A DNA stretch of 64,000 nt from Christensenella sp. UBA6880 (GCA_002449145.1 DKCG01000023.1:237-64236), one strand, 5' to 3'. Shown: positions 8,915 through 17,640, counted from the first letter of the stretch. Program-made: numbers and translations. Notes: a model not told the origin generated them from the letters alone.

Positions 8915-11900
8915 TTAAGCACTTATTTTTGCTTTTTTCTTCTTCGAGAAGTAGATGCCAAGTCCTGTGCCTACGCCTATCACTGCCACGCCCGGAATGA
9001 GGGTGGAAAGAAGGATAACCATAAGTTTGTTGTCCTTGACGGGCGTTGTGCCGAGAACGGTGCTATTGCCGATTTGATCGATCTTGCCGGTTGCTCTGTT
9101 GAAGTAGTAACCCGTGAAAGTGATCGTGTCGCCTTCGACTTTGACCTTGCCGAAAGTTTGAGAATCGAGCGTATGAAGAATGCTGTCGTCCTTGTTGAAT
9201 TTGTCGGTGGTCATATCGTTCTCTCTGTAGGTGTAGAACTTCGTTCCGAGTGTGCCGAGCGTGATGTAGAGAACGCCGTCGCCCGTGTAACGCACGCCGT
9301 CTTTGCTCGTCTTGTCAACGACGTTGCCGTCTTTGTCAACGAGATAAGTGGCGGTGTAGGTGTGGTCGTGGCCGCCGAATACGACGTTTACGCCTTGCTC
9401 TGCAAAGAGAGTGGTGAGTTGAGTTCTCATAGCCTTGACTTCGCCGTCGAACGCGTGCGAACCTGCGCTGTATAAACTCTTGTGCATAAGCACGAATTTC
9501 CATTTAGCGTCGGTGTTTGCAAGGTCGTTTTTGAGCCATTCGAGTTGAGTTGCGCCGAGTCCGTCGGTGGTCGCGTCGTTGGTGTCGAGAACGGTGAAGT
9601 GTGCGTTTGCGTAATCGAAGGAATAGTATTCGCCGCTTATGCCCTTAACTTCTTCGCCGACCTTTTCGGTGTAGTTGAAGTATCTGCTCATTGCGCCCGT
9701 TTTGTTCTCATGGTTGCCCGAAGCAAAGAACACGGAAGTGTTGAGAGTAAGGTCTTGATAGGTGTCGAGAGCCATGCCCCATTGATTGAAGTTCTTGCCG
9801 TTGTCGCACATATCGCCTGCGTTGAGAATGAAATCGAAGGTGTTGACTCTTTCGTCTTTAAGAAGTGCGTCGACTGCCTCGTGGCTGTTGTCGTACATAC
9901 TTTGAATCATACCTTGAATGTCAGCGATAGTGAGGAACTCGAAAGCGTCAACGTCTCTGCCGACAGCCGTCGTGAAGGTGAGGGTGTTGCCTTCATAGCC
10001 TTGAGTCTTGATGTATTCGACCAAAGAAAATTCGAGGGGTTCGCCGTCCGTTTCGTAGTTGCCGAGAATGTCGTAGTAGTAGGTTTTGCCTGCTTCGAGA
10101 CCGTTGATGGTGACGGTGTGGACGTTCCAGTATATAACGCTGTTTGCAACCGCTTTGTCGCGATCGCCGTAGATGTACGGGGTGTCATTGTCATCAACGA
10201 TTTGACCGTGAGTGAGACAGAGAAGTCCGAGGTCGATGAGCGGAATGTATTGCGGTTTGGTTTGAGTGAATACGGTCGCTTTCACGCCGTTTGAGAACTC
10301 TTTGTAAGCCGTCGTGTCGAGATAATCGGTCTTGTTCGTCGCATACGCTTTGAGTGCGGCGGATTTGGAAGTGCTTACGTCGCCGACTACGTTTCCGTTT
10401 TCGTCAAAGAGTCTGAACGTGCCGTACACGTTTTCTTCGGTGTAGAACTTAATCGTGTAGGACGTCGTAGAGTTGGTGGTATCGAAGTTTGCAGTCACGC
10501 GAGAGGGAACTCTGCCGTTGTCTTGCGTTGCTGCGTTGAACGTTGCGCCGACTTCCGAGCCTTTGTTGAGAGTGCTGAGGTAAGAGAGGCGCACGCCGTC
10601 CTTTTCATACGCTTTGTTGGGTTGATAATAGGAAGGCGCCTCGGGGTGTGCAAAGTCGTCCATATCGGGATAGACGTCGGTTGCAAACGCAATCACGATG
10701 TCGTCGGCAATGCCGCCGAGTCCCTTATAGAAACTGTCGACGAGATAACTGTCGAGGAAGTTTTGAACGATGGATATAACGTCAGGACCTTCGAGCGAGA
10801 ATCCGAGAAGTTTTGCAACGAGAGTCTTGATTGCGGGAAGCAAATCGTTGATGGTGTTAACGAGAACGAAGTTTTCCGCATCGATAGAGAAATCTGTCGG
10901 AAGTGAGAGCTCAATGCCGTAATTAGCGAGCAAATTTTTGACAAACGGCATATTCAATAAAGAGGGAAGTTGCGAGCCCAAACCTTTTTTGAGGTGAGCA
11001 AACGCCGCTTCGGTGATGTAGCCTTTGTCAACTGCGTCGCTGAAATCGAACTTATGATTGAGAACGGTTTTGAGCAACGAACCGTCTTCGGTGAAGATGG
11101 GATCGAGCAACGTCGTGAGCAATTTTTCAACGAATTTGCCGCTGACAAGTTGTTCGTGCATATCTTTGACTGCCGCCACCATGCGCAAACGATAGGTGGG
11201 GTTGTAGGGGTGTTTGAAAAGGTAATCTTTGCCTTCTTCGACCTTTTGTTCCTCACCGAAAATCGCTTTGATTGATTCTGCCGTTTCGTCGAGAGAAATC
11301 TCGATACCCATCGTGTGAGCGGTCATAATGAAGGAAGCGATGTCGGTAATCTGCATCTTGCCGCTGTTTTCGGGGTTGACTGCGGATACGATGCTGTCGT
11401 CGCCGAATTTCCAAGAAAGAACTTCGTTGACGACCGCTTTCACGAGGTCGAGTGCGGAATTGTAATTCGTGCCGTTATGGACGTATGTCACGCCTTCGAG
11501 AACGGTGTCGAGAATGTATTGAACGAGTCCGTTGAGGGCTTCGGTCTTTTCGTCGGAGTCCATATTGCCGTATTCTTTATACAATTTTTTCTCGTCGTCA
11601 TCGCCACTCTTTTTGAAGTCTGCAAACAAGGTGCTGCGGACGATTCCGAGAACCATTCCGTCGCCGCCGACCATATTCATAACCGTGTCGACGAGTCCGT
11701 CGATAGTGCTTTGATTGAGAAAATGATCGACGACTCTTTCGACAAGAATCGAATAGATTTGTTTGTTTATATAGTCGTTGTAGCCGAGCGTATTCATATC
11801 CTCGTAGTTAATCATATACGCGATATAGTCGGGGTTGGTTGCAACGACAGCCTGCCAGTTTTTCTCTGTTTTGTTGTCTTTATATGTTTTATACGCGGTT

Positions 11901-13489
11901 TGGAAAGCCTCGTCGTTAAATGCCGGTGCGGTGAACACGTTGTGGCTCGGCACTTCCTTAAACGGCGTTGCGCTGATGTCGTCGAGGCAGAATACGGAAG
12001 AAATGCAGGTTTCGCCGAGTTTGCCGTCAAAATTATATCTTTCGAGTGTGGTGTATCTTCTGGGTGAATAGTAACTTACGCAAGAACCCGTCTGAAAATC
12101 GTAGAGCGTTCTACCCTCGACGTCGGTGTAGGTCATAGCGTCGCAAACGTGCATATGTCCGGTGAAGACGTAGCGAGTGCCCATATCGAGCAAGCGTTTT
12201 GCGGTGTTTTCCCAGTTGTAAATAGTAAAGTCTTTGAGAATTTCGTCTTCCATTTCCCAGTGCGGAAGCGCATTTTGGTGGAAACAGGTGATGATTGTCT
12301 TTTCGCCGAGCGTGGGATTGGACGCGTTTTGAGATTCGCAGAATTCTTGCATCCAGTCAAGCACGCCTTCGGTGAGTCTGCCGCCGCAGAGGTGGTCGAG
12401 ACCCGTCGAACGGAACACGGTTTTACCTGCAGCGAAAGCGGCTTCGGCGTTGATTGTCGTCGATGTATCGACTGCGCCTTCTTCGGTTGCGCCGTAGAAA
12501 GTGTAGTCCGCGCCGTTTGCTTGCTTTTTGTTTTTGATAACGTTATATTCCGCTTCGTTCACTCTGACGTATGCGCCGACTTCTGCCGCCTCTCTGTCGT
12601 GAGCGTCGATAACCATAATCGCGTAATCGGTGTAGCCTTCGACTTTGATTTCCGCAGACAAGGAAAGAGCGTTGTTTACGTCGCCGATTTGATAGTATTC
12701 GTTGAGTTTGTCGGCGGTCGTTTTGGAAGCGTCCATATTGTTGACCGCTTCGAGATGTTCGTTGTAGTAGTGAATTTCAAGAGTATCCGCATTTTCGGAC
12801 GGAATATAGTTTGTCGTATACTCGCCGTACCAGTACTCTGCGGGCAAATATTCGGTGAGGTTGATTGCGCCGTCGCTTCCGTCAAGGTTTGCGTTCGGAT
12901 AGCCCAAGCCTGCAAAGACGAGAGCGAATTGCATAGTCGTCAATGCGTCGGAAACACGCTTAGAACCGTCGGTTTTCGAGTAGAGCGCACCCGACGTGTT
13001 GTAAAGGTCGTGGTTGCCCGGCGTTGCGAAAACTTGGAAGTTCTCATAACCCGATACCTTTCTTATCTCGTTTTGCATATAACGCAACGCGTTTGCAACG
13101 TCAACGAGCGCGGTGACTTCGCCGTTTTTGCTAAGGTCGCCCGAAGCGAAAACGTATTGCGGTGCTTTTCCTTTCTTCGCGTCGGCAATGTATTGCTCGA
13201 TTTGTTGTTTGAGGATCATACCGCTTTCCATAACGAGTTTGGTGTCGCCCGTCATAGAATTGTAGAAGTCGCTCGTTTTGTAGTCGGGACTTTGGATGTC
13301 TTGATAGCAATCGTCGACAGGGAAGTAGTGGATGTCGCTGAATTGACCGATCATAAGAGAGTTGGTCGGCGTCTTTTGACTGTCGGCGTTTGCAATGCCT
13401 GCAATCGAGAACGTCATAACGCTCGCAAGAACAATTGCGAGAGCGACGACGAACATCAAAGGCAGACGTCTTTGCATTTTGCTGCTCAT
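8915..13489 (-). CDS. Very large membrane-anchored extracytoplasmic protein with two calcineurin-like metallophosphoesterase domains
   Basis: 1524 aa; RBS AAGGAGGAAAT before the ATG; signal peptide (IAGIANA/DS). MPE motif set 1: SDIHY, GDLSKNG, GNHD, GHMHV. About 500 aa middle region with no recognisable motifs. Beta-rich PAP-N-like segment. MPE motif set 2: IADIQG, AGDMCDNG, GNHEN, MHKS, GGHDHTY. C-terminal TM helix plus KKKKAK. Confidence 0.85.
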   Translation of the reverse strand: MSSKMQRRLPLMFVVALAIVLASVMTFSIAGIANADSQKTPTNSLMIGQFSDIHYFPVDDCYQDIQSPDYKTSDFYNSMTGDTKLVMESGMILKQQIEQYIADAKKGKAPQYVFASGDLSKNGEVTALVDVANALRYMQNEIRKVSGYENFQVFATPGNHDLYNTSGALYSKTDGSKRVSDALTTMQFALVFAGLGYPNANLDGSDGAINLTEYLPAEYWYGEYTTNYIPSENADTLEIHYYNEHLEAVNNMDASKTTADKLNEYYQIGDVNNALSLSAEIKVEGYTDYAIMVIDAHDREAAEVGAYVRVNEAEYNVIKNKKQANGADYTFYGATEEGAVDTSTTINAEAAFAAGKTVFRSTGLDHLCGGRLTEGVLDWMQEFCESQNASNPTLGEKTIITCFHQNALPHWEMEDEILKDFTIYNWENTAKRLLDMGTRYVFTGHMHVCDAMTYTDVEGRTLYDFQTGSCVSYYSPRRYTTLERYNFDGKLGETCISSVFCLDDISATPFKEVPSHNVFTAPAFNDEAFQTAYKTYKDNKTEKNWQAVVATNPDYIAYMINYEDMNTLGYNDYINKQIYSILVERVVDHFLNQSTIDGLVDTVMNMVGGDGMVLGIVRSTLFADFKKSGDDDEKKLYKEYGNMDSDEKTEALNGLVQYILDTVLEGVTYVHNGTNYNSALDLVKAVVNEVLSWKFGDDSIVSAVNPENSGKMQITDIASFIMTAHTMGIEISLDETAESIKAIFGEEQKVEEGKDYLFKHPYNPTYRLRMVAAVKDMHEQLVSGKFVEKLLTTLLDPIFTEDGSLLKTVLNHKFDFSDAVDKGYITEAAFAHLKKGLGSQLPSLLNMPFVKNLLANYGIELSLPTDFSIDAENFVLVNTINDLLPAIKTLVAKLLGFSLEGPDVISIVQNFLDSYLVDSFYKGLGGIADDIVIAFATDVYPDMDDFAHPEAPSYYQPNKAYEKDGVRLSYLSTLNKGSEVGATFNAATQDNGRVPSRVTANFDTTNSTTSYTIKFYTEENVYGTFRLFDENGNVVGDVSTSKSAALKAYATNKTDYLDTTAYKEFSNGVKATVFTQTKPQYIPLIDLGLLCLTHGQIVDDNDTPYIYGDRDKAVANSVIYWNVHTVTINGLEAGKTYYYDILGNYETDGEPLEFSLVEYIKTQGYEGNTLTFTTAVGRDVDAFEFLTIADIQGMIQSMYDNSHEAVDALLKDERVNTFDFILNAGDMCDNGKNFNQWGMALDTYQDLTLNTSVFFASGNHENKTGAMSRYFNYTEKVGEEVKGISGEYYSFDYANAHFTVLDTNDATTDGLGATQLEWLKNDLANTDAKWKFVLMHKSLYSAGSHAFDGEVKAMRTQLTTLFAEQGVNVVFGGHDHTYTATYLVDKDGNVVDKTSKDGVRYTGDGVLYITLGTLGTKFYTYRENDMTTDKFNKDDSILHTLDSQTFGKVKVEGDTITFTGYYFNRATGKIDQIGNSTVLGTTPVKDNKLMVILLSTLIPGVAVIGVGTGLGIYFSKKKKAKISA

Positions 13490-13633
13490 ATTTCCTCCTT
13501 ATGCACGCATACGCGCGCAAATAATTCTTCTATACGATTGTACATTATACATAAATTAAAATCAATATTGCACGGGAAAAGTTTTTTGTTAAATTCGATT
13601 TTGTTCGATAGTTTACACTTTGATTGATATTGC

Positions 13634-13662
13634 GTGTCGAAAATCCGCCGCAGTGTCGAAAA
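13634..13662 (+). promoter_or_regulatory. Two direct GTGTCGAAAA repeats, each with a perfect Spo0A-box 7-mer TGTCGAA
   Basis: 13634-13643 and 13653-13662, 19 bp apart, in the divergent region between the 1524-aa gene and arsR. Confidence 0.4.
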
Positions 13663-13707
13663 ACGTAAAAATACCCGAAAAATATTTAATATTTTTGCAA
13701 ATATCCG

Positions 13708-13736
13708 TTGACAAACGACATAATCGGGAATAATAT
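13708..13736 (+). promoter_or_regulatory. sigma-A type promoter of the ArsR-family gene
   Basis: TTGACA (13708-13713), 17 nt, TAATAT (13731-13736). Confidence 0.6.
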
Positions 13737-13744
13737 ATAAATGA

Positions 13745-13768
13745 ACATTTGAATAACAGTTCAAATGT
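13745..13768 (+). promoter_or_regulatory. ArsR/SmtB-type operator palindrome 1
   Basis: ACATTTGAA-TAACAG-TTCAAATGT, a perfect 9-bp inverted repeat just downstream of the -10 and overlapping the leader. Confidence 0.65.
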
Positions 13769-13779
13769 CGGAGAGAAAA

Positions 13780-14109
13780 ATGACATTAGAAATCAAAGAC
13801 AAAACCCAAAATTCAACGCTTCCCGCCGACGACGTGGTATCAGCGCTTGCAGAATTGTTCAAGGCTCTTGGCGACCCGACCCGCGTGAAAATTTTGAGTT
13901 GCTTGCAAGCAAGCGATATGAACGTAGGGGACATCGCCGACAAACTCGGTATGACCACTTCCGCCGTATCTCACCAACTTCGCGTGCTTCGTGCAATCAA
14001 ACTCGTCAAAGGCACGAAAGAGGGCAAGGAAGTCAGATATTCTCTCGACGACGACCACGTTACGCTCATACTGCAATGCGGTCTGACTCACGTCAACGAG
14101 GAGAAATAA
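13780..14109 (+). CDS. ArsR/SmtB-family metal-sensing transcriptional repressor
   Basis: HTH core LGDPTRVKILSCL...VGDIADKLGMTTSAVSHQLRVL. Start preferred at ATG 13780 (GGAGAG 4 nt upstream); the ORF track starts at 13765. Confidence 0.9.
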   Translation: MTLEIKDKTQNSTLPADDVVSALAELFKALGDPTRVKILSCLQASDMNVGDIADKLGMTTSAVSHQLRVLRAIKLVKGTKEGKEVRYSLDDDHVTLILQCGLTHVNEEK

Positions 14110-14131
14110 TTCCTCTCGAATCTAAAAAACG

Positions 14132-14155
14132 CAGGGTGTAAAACCCTGATTTTTT
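14132..14155 (+). terminator. Intrinsic terminator after the ArsR gene
   Basis: CAGGGT-GTAAA-ACCCTG followed by ATTTTTT. Confidence 0.65.
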
Positions 14156-14163
14156 AGAAGCAA

Positions 14164-14199
14164 TATTTGAATAGTTGTTCAATAATCCAACTATTCAAC
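14164..14199 (+). promoter_or_regulatory. ArsR/SmtB-type operator palindrome 2 (upstream of the HMA/ATPase genes)
   Basis: TATTTGAATAGTTGTTCAATA has the same TTTGAA-N6-TTCAA core as operator 1; also an 11-bp perfect inverted repeat TTGAATAGTTG / CAACTATTCAA. Confidence 0.55.
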
Positions 14200-14262
14200 A
14201 AACAAACCGATATAGGATTTGACCCGAAAGGGAAGCATATAAATCGTTAAGGAGAAACGAAA

Positions 14263-14481
14263 ATGAAAAAAGTTTACAAACTCGAAGATCTCGATTGTGC
14301 AAATTGCGCCGCAAAAATGGAATGTGCCATTCAAAAACTTGACGGCGTCCAAAACGCGTCCGTCAGTTTTATGGCTCAACGTCTCACCATCGAAGCCGAT
14401 GACGCAAACTTTGACGAGATTATGAAGAAGGTTGTGAAGACTTGCCGTAAAATCGAACCCGACTGCACAATCGTTCTTTGA
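14263..14481 (+). CDS. Stand-alone heavy-metal-associated (HMA) domain protein
   Basis: 72 aa; CxxC metal site in LDCANCAAKME, ferredoxin-like HMA pattern; RBS GGAGAAACG; directly precedes the P1B ATPase. Confidence 0.85.
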   Translation: MKKVYKLEDLDCANCAAKMECAIQKLDGVQNASVSFMAQRLTIEADDANFDEIMKKVVKTCRKIEPDCTIVL

Positions 14482-14612
14482 GCGAATAACTGCGTCAGAC
14501 GCCACTGCACGACAACTCATTTACGTCAAGTAAATTAGGGTTGCCGTGCAGAAGCGTCTTCCTTGTTCTTCATCTCAAAGAACGATTGTGACCAAGTTCT
14601 TCATCCAAATAT
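14468..14612 (+). repeat. Nested-hairpin repeat, copy B (type II loops, apical module 1) plus a remnant 3' end
   Basis: Outer stem CAATCGTTCTTTGAG / CTCAAAGAACGATTG (15/15; 5' arm = T-I-V-L-stop of the HMA gene); helix GAATAAC:GTTCTTC; loops TGCGTCA/TTCCTT; inner stem GACGC..CTGCACG / CGTGCAG..GCGTC; then an orphan GTTCTTCATCCAAATAT at 14596-14612. Confidence 0.85.
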
Positions 14613-14672
14613 TACATTTTATGGGCGAGCGAACAAATCTTAATCTCAAACTCAATATAGACAAAGCGGATT

Positions 14673-16619
14673 ATGAAAAAAATCAAACTATCAAGAAAAG
14701 AAAAGAAGAACCTCATTCGCATAAGCGTTGCGCTGTGTTTGTTCTTCGTTATACTCATCGTTGACAAGACGATAGGACTTGCAAAGGCTGTCGGCGGACA
14801 GTACGGCTGGCTTTTGCCGTTCTTCCTCTATTTTGCCGTGTATATGGTCATCGGATACGACGTGCTGTTCAAGGCGGCAAGAGGAATCGTACACGGTCAA
14901 GTGCTTGACGAAAACTTGCTTATGTGCGTTGCATCTCTCGGCGCGTTCGCGCTCGGCATTTACACGAGCGTGACGGGTAGAGAACAAGAAGGCTTCGACG
15001 AAGGTTGCGCTGTGCTTTTGTTCTATCAAGTCGGCGAGTTCTTCCAAAGTTACGCAACCGGCAAATCGAGAAAATCAATTTCCGCACTTATGGACATCAG
15101 ACCCGATTATGCCAACGTCAAGAGGGAAGACGGGGTCGTCGAACAAGTCGACCCGAGCGAAGTTAAGGTTGGCGACGTCATCGTGGTTTACCCCGGTGAA
15201 AAAGTGCCTCTCGACGGTATCGTGACAAGCGGTTTAACCACTCTCGACACCAAAGCACTCACGGGCGAGTCCCTTCCCAGAGAACTTTCGGAAGGTGAAG
15301 AAATTATTAGCGGTTGCGTCAATTTGACGTCGCAAATCGAAGTTGAAGTGACAAAAGTATTCTACGATTCGACGGTTTCTAAAATACTTGACCTCGTTGA
15401 GAACGCTTCGAGCAAGAAATCCAAAGCGGAAAACTTTATATCGAGATTCGCAAAATACTACACGCCGAGCGTGGTCGTGGCGGCAATTTTGCTTATGGTT
15501 ATAGGCGGCGCTGTCACGAGAGACTGGTACACTTGGATATACAGAGGTTTGAGTTTCTTGGTCGTTTCCTGTCCTTGCGCACTCGTCGTTTCCGTGCCTC
15601 TTTCCTTCTTTGCGGGTATCGGCGCGGCTTCGAGATTCGGTATTCTTATCAAGGGTAGCAACTATCTCGAACTTATGAGTAAGGCAAACGTATTCGTGTT
15701 CGACAAGACGGGAACGCTCACAAAAGGCAACTTTGCCGTAACCGATGTTGCGCCCGCCGACAGAAAAGACGAGATTCTTCGCCTTGCCGCCATTGCGGAA
15801 AACGACTCGAATCACCCGATTGCACGCTCTATCGTGGCTTGCTACAACGGTGAAATAGAGGGTGGTTATACGCTTACGAACGTAGCGGGCTTCGGCGTGC
15901 TTGCGATAAAAGACGACGACGTCATCTATTGCGGCAACGAAAAACTTATGAAATCATACGATATTCCTTACGTTGCGCACAACGGAATAGGCACGGTAGT
16001 GTACGTTGCTCACAACAAAGAATACGTCGGTTCGCTTCTCATAAGCGACGAAATCAAGGACGAATCCGTATCCGCCGTCGGCGAACTCAACAAAATGGGT
16101 TGCAAAACGGTTATGCTCACGGGCGACAACGAGGCTATCGCTTCCGACGTGGCTGGAAAAATCGGACTTTCGGCATACAAAGCGTCCTTGCTTCCGCAAA
16201 ATAAAGTTGAAAACGTCGAGCAAATGCTTGCCGAAAAGAAGAAAGGCGACGTGCTGTGCTTTGTCGGTGACGGCATAAACGACGCACCAGTGCTTATGCG
16301 TTCGGATATAGGCATCGCAATGGGCGGCGTGGGCAGCGACGCGGCAATCGAAGCGAGCGACGTAGTGCTTATGCAAGACGATTTGACGGGTATATCCACT
16401 GCAAAACGTATTTCCAAAAAGACGATGAGAGTGGTGTACGAAAACATCGTCGGCTCTCTTGCCGTAAAACTTCTTATTATGGCGTTGAGCGCGACGGGCG
16501 TTCTCGGCAGCGCGACGATGTGGATTGCGGTTTGCGGCGACGTCGGCGTGGCAATAGTTGCGATTCTCAACGCAATGCGCGTCAACAAAGGCTACAAAAC
16601 GCTTATCAAACAAAAGTAA
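14673..16619 (+). CDS. Heavy-metal translocating P1B-type ATPase (CadA/ZntA-like)
   Basis: 648 aa; CPC transmembrane metal motif (SCPCALVVS), phosphorylation site DKTGTLT, hinge GDGINDAP; no N-terminal HMA domain (encoded separately upstream). Confidence 0.93.
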   Translation: MKKIKLSRKEKKNLIRISVALCLFFVILIVDKTIGLAKAVGGQYGWLLPFFLYFAVYMVIGYDVLFKAARGIVHGQVLDENLLMCVASLGAFALGIYTSVTGREQEGFDEGCAVLLFYQVGEFFQSYATGKSRKSISALMDIRPDYANVKREDGVVEQVDPSEVKVGDVIVVYPGEKVPLDGIVTSGLTTLDTKALTGESLPRELSEGEEIISGCVNLTSQIEVEVTKVFYDSTVSKILDLVENASSKKSKAENFISRFAKYYTPSVVVAAILLMVIGGAVTRDWYTWIYRGLSFLVVSCPCALVVSVPLSFFAGIGAASRFGILIKGSNYLELMSKANVFVFDKTGTLTKGNFAVTDVAPADRKDEILRLAAIAENDSNHPIARSIVACYNGEIEGGYTLTNVAGFGVLAIKDDDVIYCGNEKLMKSYDIPYVAHNGIGTVVYVAHNKEYVGSLLISDEIKDESVSAVGELNKMGCKTVMLTGDNEAIASDVAGKIGLSAYKASLLPQNKVENVEQMLAEKKKGDVLCFVGDGINDAPVLMRSDIGIAMGGVGSDAAIEASDVVLMQDDLTGISTAKRISKKTMRVVYENIVGSLAVKLLIMALSATGVLGSATMWIAVCGDVGVAIVAILNAMRVNKGYKTLIKQK

Positions 16620-16624
16620 AACAC

Positions 16625-16665
16625 CGCGTTAGATATTCAAAATTTTGCGATTTTGAATAAACGCG
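16625..16665 (+). other. Long imperfect palindrome right after the ATPase stop codon
   Basis: CGCGTT..ATTCAAAAT-TTTGCG-ATTTTGAAT..AACGCG; no U-tract; half-sites resemble the TTTGAA/TTCAAA operator words. Confidence 0.4.
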
Positions 16666-16726
16666 TATAAATACGCAATCATCTTAAAAAACGTAAAACA
16701 GTCATAATTTTCCCCTATTCTATAAG

Positions 16727-16760
16727 AAAAACGGATATGCGATTTGCAGTCCGTTTTTCT
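16727..16760. terminator. Bidirectional intrinsic terminator
   Basis: AAAAACGGA...TCCGTTTTT with flanking A and T runs, between the convergent ATPase and zinc-ribbon genes. Confidence 0.65.
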
Positions 16761-16769
16761 TTATGTTAG

Positions 16770-17237
16770 TTATTTTTCTTTGAGTTTGTATCCGCAATTC
16801 GGGCACTCGGTATCGTTCGGCGATATTTTTGCAAAACAGCAGGGACATTCGTCGTATTCGGGAAGATTAACATAATCGAAATCCTCATCTGTATCGTTTT
16901 TATTAAGTATTTCAATTTGTTTCAATATGTTTGCCTCTTTTGGTTGTTTATCACTTAATTTTGATTGTTGAATCATTAATGTTTTGTCGGTATTTGCTTT
17001 AATTACATAAATATTATGACAAGTTGTAACTGCCATTTTCCCCAAAATATAAAATACTGCAATGGATATTCCACCTAATGGAATAATAATCAAGAAAAGC
17101 CACCACATATTGTAAACAATACTTGAAATTACGCCGAGCAGCACAACCATTATACTGAGAATAATTGTTGCCACTGTGATAATTTTTGAGCCTGCGCTTA
17201 TATAACTATAAGAGTCTAAGTCGTTTCGTTGTCTCAT
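16770..17237 (-). CDS. Membrane protein with C-terminal zinc ribbon
   Basis: 155 aa from ATG 17237 (RBS GGAGGTAAAAAA); 2-3 hydrophobic helices, then a tail ending CPCC-x11-CPNC. Confidence 0.6.
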   Translation of the reverse strand: MRQRNDLDSYSYISAGSKIITVATIILSIMVVLLGVISSIVYNMWWLFLIIIPLGGISIAVFYILGKMAVTTCHNIYVIKANTDKTLMIQQSKLSDKQPKEANILKQIEILNKNDTDEDFDYVNLPEYDECPCCFAKISPNDTECPNCGYKLKEK

Positions 17238-17478
17238 TTTTTTACCTCCAAAATAAAAAATGTGCCATCCCGAGCGAGATGACACATACAGTTGTTCCTC
17301 GCTTAGTTGTCACACCAAATAACCCACAGATTATATGCGGAAACAAGACTGCCGTTAGTAGTCTGTGGATTTTTATTCAATTTGATGTGACGATGTGATT
17401 ATAGCATATAAGGCAAAATTGTCAAGTCAAGATCGGCAAGCGAATAGCATACTATATATTGTAAAAGAGAGGTGGATT

Positions 17479-17556
17479 ATGCATTTTATGGCGCTTATGC
17501 TTGCGATACTCGGATTGTTCGGTATGTTGGGATTCTTCGGCGGACTTTGGTTTTGA
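17479..17556 (+). CDS. Candidate 25-aa hydrophobic micro-protein
   Basis: AGAGAGGTGG SD 6 nt before the ATG; translation MHFMALMLAILGLFGMLGFFGGLWF. Below the ORF-track length cut-off; no homology assessed. Confidence 0.35.
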   Translation: MHFMALMLAILGLFGMLGFFGGLWF

Positions 17557-17640
17557 TTGTGGTGATACGATAAGTCAAATGCTTCCGTTTAAGTTAAGTA
17601 AAAACGTCCGTTCGATTCCCTAAATGCACTTATAAAAACG

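Noticed and set aside
12149-13627. Long antisense ORFs opposite real genes (e.g. 12149..13627+, 538..1410-, 1789..3183-, 18612..19946-, 28134..29840-, 29859..31250-, 46471..48237-, 58969..60000-)
   Set aside because: Each lies entirely opposite a CDS with unambiguous family signatures. Their translations are low-complexity (F/V/R/C-rich) with no motifs and no RBS. They are typical shadow ORFs of moderately GC-rich genes.
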